Source: Podarcis pityusensis (taxonomy: Eukaryota). Taken from it: a DNA stretch of 64,000 nucleotides. Below are positions 61,371 through 64,000 of the stretch, one piece after another. Below the pieces are notes generated by a model. That model saw only the letters and a list, made by a program, of their open reading frames with translations. It had not been told where the DNA came from and did not search any database. The first letter of the stretch is position 1. Every line of letters starts with the position of its first letter. The position numbers and the translations under genes are program-made. Location of the stretch: the NCBI GenBank assembly GCA_964106645.2, contig OZ067039.1; one strand, written 5' to 3'.

Positions 61371-64000
61371 GTGAAGGGGAGGAGAGAGAGAGACGCACGC
61401 ACAAGCACACAAGCAAGGAGGGAAGCGAACCCGGGACGGAGTGGTTTTGCCCCTGAGCAAGGAGGCTGGCTCAGTCAGTCCTCCCCCCCCCCCCGCCCAA
61501 GACCCAAGAGGCGTCGACCTCGACCACATTCGTGGTGCATAGAAACAGTATTGTAGTTTGGGGTTATTTATGGCATTCCCAGCCCACTTTTTCCTCCAAG
61601 GAGCTTACTAGCTGGTCTGCGTGGTTCTCCCCGCTCCCACAAACACCGTGTCCCCAAGGTCACCCGGTGAGCTTCATGGCCCAGTGGGCATTTGAACCCT
61701 GGCCTCCCAGGCCCTATGGTCTGCCCACTTCAGTTCAGTGGCACACCTAAGAAGAGACTTGCTGGATCCAGTCCAGCTTTCTCAGTGGTCAACCTACCAC
61801 AGCGATCTTCTCACCCAAACGGCTGTTGTTATTTCTTCCGAGAGCCACCATCAAGCACACGGAGCCAGGGTTTGTGAGCACAACCACATTCGCCCTCCCA
61901 GCCCTCGCGTATTTACTTGGAAGGAAATCCCGCGGAAGTTATTCTGAAAGCGCGCCTGAGGTTGCGCACTTATCTACCGCGGAAGGTAGCGCGACTTCCT
62001 TCTGAGAAAACAGGCATGGGATCGGGGCTGGCAACAGGCCCCGGTTCTAAGGCAGGTTCCTGCTCTCTGAAGCTCTATTTACTGTTGGAGGAGCTTGGGA
62101 AAGAAAACTTTCCGCTCCTTATAAACCCTGCAAGAGTTTCCTTGGAAGTGCAGTCCCGGCTGGTTTCCCTGGATATTGCTTCCGAGGAACTGCATTCAAG
62201 ATCGCTTTGATCCGGATCGGCTGAGAACGACGACAAGATATAGCCAGAACCAGGGTGCTCTAGGACCACCCTCGGAGTCGGAGCCCTGGCAGACCAGCGG
62301 CACCCACCACCAAGCACTTTGCTTTGGGAAAAAAAGACTAGATTTTGAGGACCGATGAATGAATAAGGATCCCTGAGTGCCTGTCTTTGACATGTGGTCC
62401 GATCCAAAGCGTATCTGGAGTGCAGCCCTAGTCTATCCAGAAGCTACTCCAAGTGGTTGTGGCCTTGCAGGAGGCCCCACAGAGCTCAGTGGGTCTCGTC
62501 TCCTTCTAAGGAGGCTTCCTAAAATGTCGGCGTTAAGGCTGTGCCAAGGTCACACGCGCCCCTGAAAAATAGTCCATTATATCATTGGTATGTTGTGTTG
62601 CTGTAAGCCACCTCCAGTGTCCACGAATGTATGCGTGTACTAAGTGTATAGGCAGAATTCCATCACTTCCTACCAGCAGCGATGCGCTTGGTAGAAGCCC
62701 GCAGATCTTCGTGTTTTGCAAGCACCTTAGTTGGGAATCCGCAGTCCCCATTGACTTTTGTCGCCCGAAGTTCAAGCGCTTGCTCTGATATTTACTGGCC
62801 AAGCAATTTAGGTCAGGATCTGGCAGAAAGCTCTCTTCCAACAGCTTCCGTGGTTACGTTTGGAGCTTGCGCAGGAGAACATCCTCCCTGGATAATTCGA
62901 AAATATAGACAACCGGGTCCTCTGTAAGGTTCCTCGAGTAAAACCCGCAGAGTTCCAGGAGTGCCAACGTGGCCCCGCGACCGTAGGTGCCAGATTGCCA
63001 TGCAGCGTGCATGGCCCTGGCACCGAAATTTGTAGGTATCCAGGTCCCTTCATGGGGAATTTTATGGGTACTCGGGCGCCCAGGAAATTGGCACTTGTGC
63101 AGGGTTCAATGGAGTTTGCTTACACAGGTGTCGGATTACAGCCAGCAGTGGAATGAATGGGAGTAAAAACCACGTTTAGGATGGGGGTAAAGGTGAGAGT
63201 GGGAGATCTCTGGACCATCTGGATCACAGTCTTCTTTGTGGTTAATATTATATGAGCGATCCGTTTCCCCACTAGGGAGTATGAAATTTTGTGTACATAT
63301 ATACACGCATCTATATGAGTTTGGGAACTATGTGCGCATTTCATGTTTTTCTATGTAAGTAACCCACAGGGCTCCATGCTTTTTCTTGGGGGCAACCTCG
63401 GCCCTCCTGTGATCCGGAGGTAGGGAGGACAGCGAAGACAGCTTCGGCCTGGTCTTCACCTGACTTGCCGGCGCCACCCGAAAGGCTCGGAAGGAGCCCA
63501 GATGGGGCGTTGGCACACTCCAGCCTAAGTAATTCCAACGGGACTGAGTCAAACCTGCTTACACTTGAGTCGACCTATATAATGTAAGGCTGCGATCTTA
63601 AACCTCGTGAACATACTGCATTGCTTAGGACTGCTTTGCGTGATATACCGCTTCTGTTAACATACCCATAGCCGCTAAGTAAGAATGACATTGAAAGCTC
63701 AGTGTGGTTTGAGGAAGAAGCAAATAACATCATTTTAGGTTTGCGGGCGGGCAGCTGTGAGGAGCGGGCCTGGGGCGGTCAGGGCGCTTCCCTTCGTTTT
63801 TATTTTATTTTCATTCTGAGTAGTCTGGAGCGGAAGAAATAAATGGATAACTTGTCTGAATTTCTCTTGTGTGTAAGCTAAATTCCGTGCGTATGGGTGG
63901 GTGTGCCCCTTCTCTGCGTTTTTAATTCTTTTCTCTCCATATTCGAGAGAATGAAGTCACAGGGATGACTGGAGGAAACCACAAAATGGGACCTTATCAG

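Larger units (their letters stand above)
54150..61530. promoter_or_regulatory. Extended CpG-rich domain covering HAND1, densest at 60050-61530 and 54150-55600
   Basis: CpG dinucleotides are frequent across both exons and the 5.7 kb intron, unlike the CpG-depleted bulk of the window. Judged by eye. Confidence 0.75.

Noticed and set aside
60445-61529. Long alternative-frame and antisense ORFs over HAND1 exon 1
   Set aside because: Shadow ORFs of extremely GC-rich coding sequence.

Overview
Vertebrate (squamate, most likely lacertid lizard) genomic DNA. The taxon call rests on a full-length Sauria/POM-type SINE head, recognised from memory. The window holds the conserved GALNT10 - SAP30L - HAND1 block: the last seven coding exons of GALNT10 (+, 33-13808), the complete four-exon SAP30L CDS (+, 23952-30284, 177 aa) with a CpG-island promoter, and the complete two-exon HAND1 CDS (-, 61160-54681, 245 aa) inside a large CpG-rich domain. 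All splice junctions were read by hand: they are GT-AG and keep frame. The rest is intron, UTR and intergenic DNA with many non-autonomous elements: five TA-flanked Tc1/mariner-pogo-type MITEs, hAT-type MITEs with 8-bp TSDs, Sauria and other tRNA-derived SINEs, L2 and CR1 3' ends, and a decayed tRNA-Val(AAC) copy. I found no evidence for a new protein-coding system. Almost all other ORFs in the track are shadows of exons, CpG islands or repeats. The best leads are regulatory: candidate HAND1 enhancers, uORFs, NAGNAG acceptors, TE-supplied poly(A) signals, a possible poison exon, and two substitutions in the SAP30L zinc-finger region. Orthologue comparisons and repeat family names are from memory and need database confirmation.
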